A stretch of 64,000 bases of DNA from Lophium mytilinum. Taxonomy: Eukaryota. Under the pieces are notes generated by a model that worked only from the letters and a program-made list of their open reading frames with translations, made no database searches and was not told where the DNA came from. The position numbers and the translations under genes were made by a program. The stretch is taken from contig MU004191.1 in the NCBI GenBank assembly GCA_010093605.1, positions 356,816-420,815 on the forward strand, given 5' to 3'. Below, one piece after another: positions 60,001 to 64,000 of the stretch (positions within the stretch are counted from its first letter, which is position 1; each line of letters begins with the position of its first letter).

Positions 60001-61570
60001 AGTAAGTCTTTGGGAGGAGAATAGTTCCAAGTTCATAACTCCAGAGAGTGCCATAAATACGGGCAAGGGAATCACTCGCATACTTGGCGCAGGTTTCAAG
60101 TCTCCCATGGATTTCTCTATGAACGTAGCTAAGGGCTTCCACAATGCTCCTAGACTATACGGCCAGGAGGTGCGAAAGGTTGACAAAGTCACTGATCTCC
60201 AAAGCGGTCTAAAGACTGCCGCAAAGGTATTTAGGATATGGTTCGTTCGCAGCACACCTGGCTAACTCGAATAGGAATTCGGCATTGGATTCTACGAGGG
60301 TATGGCCGGTCTCGTCAAAGATCCTTACCAAGGTGCGAAGAAAGAGGGTGGAGCTGGCTTCATCAAAGGCGTCGGCAGAGGCATAGCCGGCGTTCCTCTC
60401 AAAGTCATGGCTGGTGTTTGGGCAGTGCCCGGGTACACCTTCAAAGGTATCTATCAAGAGCTACAAAAAGAGAAGGGCGCCACGGTGCAGAACTACATCA
60501 TTGCCGCTCGAATGGCTCAAGGATACGATGAAGCCGGTCTGCTTAGTGCCAAAGAGCGCGCGGATATCCTCGCTCGATGGCGGTGCATCAAAATCAACGT
60601 CAAACGCAAGAAGAACCCCGGCGAGGAGCAACTAGAATCACTCCAAGCAATGCTGAAGGAACAACGAGAGAAGCGACATGCGCGGTGGGAGCACGCCCGT
60701 AACGCCCACCTCAACAAGAAGAAGCGCGGCGGCAACCCATACCCAGCTACTGGCAGCGACGCCAGCTCGTTCTCCGACCTCTCCCTGGTCACATCGCAGG
60801 AGAGCAACCCGAGTATCTCCCGCGCCTCCACCGAGATGGCTCGCGGCGGCCAGGTGGGCTCTTCCCAGCCGCTCACCCACGCAGCCACCTTCCCGCAGCC
60901 CCACACCCTCCACGACCCAGAAGACCACGACGCCGCAGACGCTGCCGACCTCGAGGAAGCTATCCGCCTCTCCGTCGCGGAAACCTCGAAAGGCAATCCA
61001 GAGGAGGACGCCCTCCTTGAGCGCGCCATCCGCGCCTCGGCCGCGGAGCTCCAGCGGCCCCCAGTCGACGGCGAAGACGAGGAAGCCGCTCTTCAACGCG
61101 CTATGGTCGCTTCGTTGAAGGAGGCGTCCGCCAGCGGCGCGACTGAGGAGGAGAAACGAGTCCTGGCGAGAGTGCTGCGGCAGAGCCTGTCCGAGACGCG
61201 CAGCAAACTGCCGGGCTCGGACAGCGAGTGGGATTCTGATGTCCTGACTGAAGACGAGGAGGACGTGAGGAGAGCGGTTGACCGGTCGAAGGCGGCGGCC
61301 GATGCAGTTGGGGGCGCAGAAGGAAAGGGGGAAGATCATGTGGATGATGATGAATCGCTCAAGAAGGCGTTGGAGGCGAGCCGGCTGGAAGACGAACAGC
61401 AGAAGACTACGCTGGAGAAGCAGAGGACGGAGGAGGAGATTGTGATGGAGTATGTGAAGAAGCAGAGTCTGGCGGAGGAAGAGCATAGGCTGAAGATGCT
61501 CGGGCGAAAGGATGGGGAGGAGGTTAAGGGAGAGAGCTCGGGTTCGGGGGCTGGAGCTGGCGGTGCGTGA
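57028..61570 (+). CDS. Sterol 3-beta-glucosyltransferase-like GT1 enzyme with C-terminal helical region and UIM repeats
   Basis: LNVVIHVVGSRGDVQPF, HRVRLATH, IIANPPSFAH, VYIGFGS, VPHDWLF, HHGGAGTTAAG, PFFGDQPFWG. About six introns (~57264-57317, 57443-57590, 58255-58309, 58547-58618, 59388-59433, 60227-60274). Stop TGA at 61570. Confidence 0.9.
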
Positions 61571-61744
61571 GTTCTTGAGCTTTGCGAATTGGGAGCGGCG
61601 GTTGTGATGTTTGCAACGAATGCACAGCTTGGTACATAGACTGTAAGGTTACGTGCGCTGATACCCAACACAATTTGATCGAAGTCTTTTAGTTCATGAG
61701 TGCCGCGTTTGCATCTCTAGAAGAGGGTTACCAACACGTCTACT

Positions 61745-64000
61745 CTAGTCGCCCCTACCCGACAGTTCCGATCCCTCGTCATCGTCAATCTCCTCTTCGT
61801 CCTCCGATGCTTCAAACTCCCCACCCTGATCCACCTCCATCTCCTCCTCTCGATCCTCCTTCCGCTTCCTCTCCTCCGCCTTCCGCCCCTCCTCCACCAA
61901 CTTCGCCCTCTGCTCCCTCTGCTTCCGCTGGCCGACCACAAACGCACCCAGCGGGCTCTTCTCCCACTCAACCTCCTTTAAGAACCCTTCCACGCCCGCG
62001 CGGTTGCTCGGCGCAAAATCCACCTTCGTCCGCCTCTCCTCCACCCACTTCGAGTTCGCCTCGAGCTTCTGCACAACCAATGCGATAGCAGAGTTCACGC
62101 GGCCATTCTTGTTCCCCTGGTTCTTCTTCGACATATCCTTGATCCACCGCTTCAGCACGACCATGACGGGCAGCGCGAGCTCCGGGAACGCGATGCTTTT
62201 CGCCCAGAGCACGAAGAACTCGGCGAAGAGCTCCGCGACCTGGTCGCCGACGCCGTCTTGGTACGCGCGGCTGCGGAGGTAGGTTTTGGGGGCGCGGATG
62301 AGGGTGGAGAAGTCGAGGGATTTCAGCGTGCTGGGCTTGGGGGGCTTCTTCATTTCGGCGGAGTTGAGGACTTCGAAGAGGGCCGGGGCGAGCGGGATGT
62401 AGGTTGCTGTGGCCATGGAGACGCGGAGGAGGGCGCGCATGAGCTGGAAGCGCAGGGGGAAATACTGCGCGGTGGGGATGAGGCGCATGGCGCCGGTGGT
62501 GACTTGGACGATGGGGTAGATTAGGGGGCGCAGGGGGGATTCTTTGCCGCTTTCGGCTTCGCGGAGGGTTTCGCAGTGGGCGGAGACGACGCGGGACCAG
62601 AAGTCGAGGGAGTGGACGTATTGCCAGTTGTAGACGGTTTTGTAGGACTCTTTTTCTTTGTTGGTGATGCTGGATCGGAGGTGGATCGCGAGTTGGCGGA
62701 TGAAGTTGAAGCCGGTCGTGTAGCCGATGTTGGCGTCGAGTCCCCAGAGCTCGGCGGCTGTGTTTTTCATCAGATTTATTCCTTGGATGGTGTGGACGGT
62801 TGTGTTGCGCGAGCCTTTGACAAGACCCTGGTATGTAGTCTTTAGGACGGCTTCTTTGATTCCGGGGTCACCGATGACGACCATTCTCCGCAGAATCAAG
62901 AAAGCAGCGACTCTGGTGACCTCGGTGCTCCCTGTGTCTGACCAGACTGCCACCACTGTCTTGACGACATCTCGGATGAGCTTTTTGAAGGATAGAATGT
63001 ACGGCAGGATCTCGAGTAATGAATCCAGCGTCAATCGCACAGTCGCGGTATCGGAAAGATTCTCCAGAAGATGATGGACTGATGTCGTATGGGACTTGAG
63101 CAGAGGACCTAGAGTGCGGTATTTCTTGGAGTCTGTAGGAACGCGGCTGTGTCGAATTAGCACCGAGCACAAATAAAGCTTAACTTCGGCTCTTACATTT
63201 TGCCAGCTGCTGTCTCTTTCGTTGGCAAATGATGCTTTATGACTTCTGGAACGTGCTTCAGAGCGATAAGTAGTAGCTCATGGTATACTATTATGGATCA
63301 GCAAAAGTAGACACTGTACTCATTCTAAGCCTACCTTCTGAATTGGAGATGGAGTACTTGTACTCTTTCCCATCCTCCTCGTTTAGATGTGATGCTGCTC
63401 GGAAAGCCAACACCACTTCCTTCGTCGCTCGCAGAGAGTGTTTTTCCGTCATTGCTGCACCCCATTTCTTCACCATAGCCTTTGTGACCTCGTCGCTGCC
63501 CTCAGTATCCTTCTTCTGCTTTTTCCTCGGGGTTGTTCCATCCTCATCCTCGCTCAACGCATCGATCTCGGCTAGGTCCGCATCCTCATCGAAGTCCAGT
63601 AGCTCGGCGTCATTCTCCTGGAGGTATTTGTAGAACTCGGGATCCTTGCTCTTGAGAGCTTCCAGATCGCCCTTGTGGGCTCCAATGCCGTCTTCTGACC
63701 CCAATTCAGACCCAGAGTCTTCCGCTTGTGCATCTGACAAGTCTTTGTCTTCTGCTGGGGTTGTGCGCTTCCTCTTTCCAGTCGTCGGCGCAACTCCATT
63801 GGCCTTCGCTGCCGACTTCTTGCCCTTTTTCTTAGGCATTTCTGGGACCTCGAAGCCACCCTGGAAGAAGTCGTCCACGCTCATATCCGCAAACTTGCTT
63901 CCATCCTGATTCTTTTTGGCCTTCTTGGCAGCTTCCTCTTCCTCGACATCGGCGGCGCGTGCATTGTCTTTCGCATTTCGTTCCTGTCGCTTGGCCTTTA
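61745..64000 (-). CDS. NOC2: Nucleolar complex protein 2 (60S biogenesis), 5' end beyond the window
   Basis: MSVDDFFQGGF, LKSKDPEFYKYLQENDAELLDF, FIRQLAIHLR, YKTVYNWQYVHSLDFW, LIPTAQYFPLRF, SIAFPELALP. Introns near 63337-63288 and 63197-63134. Confidence 0.95.

Noticed and set aside
1..64000. tRNA, rRNA or telomere repeats
   Set aside because: None recognised by eye; tRNAscan-SE and Infernal would be needed to exclude small RNAs.

Overview
Genomic DNA of a filamentous ascomycete (spliceosomal introns, RIP-type mutation), in two compartments. (1) Positions 1 to ~15,400 are an extremely AT/TpA-rich, ORF-free block of RIP-destroyed repeats with three N-gaps. It holds a still-decipherable Ty3/Gypsy (probably chromoviral) pol region and a 2,467-bp inverted duplicate that looks like a mis-scaffolded contig. 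(2) Positions ~15,900 to 64,000 are a GC-balanced gene block: protein methyltransferase, xylitol dehydrogenase, NoxD and NoxA head-to-head, a HeLo-domain/degenerate Rho-GTPase fusion, a tiny atypical hydrophobin, mitochondrial LysRS/TIM10, an arrestin-like protein, TFIIA (TOA1), a bZIP factor, GWT1/DnaJ, a coilin-like protein, a C-terminal-only MetE-like enzyme, a histidine acid phosphatase/phytase, a sterol-glucosyltransferase-like protein with UIMs, and partial NOC2. Most notable: (a) a HeLo (MLKL-like) death domain fused to an apparent pseudo-GTPase directly next to the NADPH-oxidase pair; (b) an in-frame TGA at a conserved Trp position of an otherwise intact NoxA; (c) same-order complementary blocks in the long TOA1 intron; (d) diverged ~170-bp direct repeats flanking the hydrophobin segment; (e) repeated C-rich to G-rich skew inversions. 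Gene models and family calls were made by eye and from recalled motifs; no searches were run.
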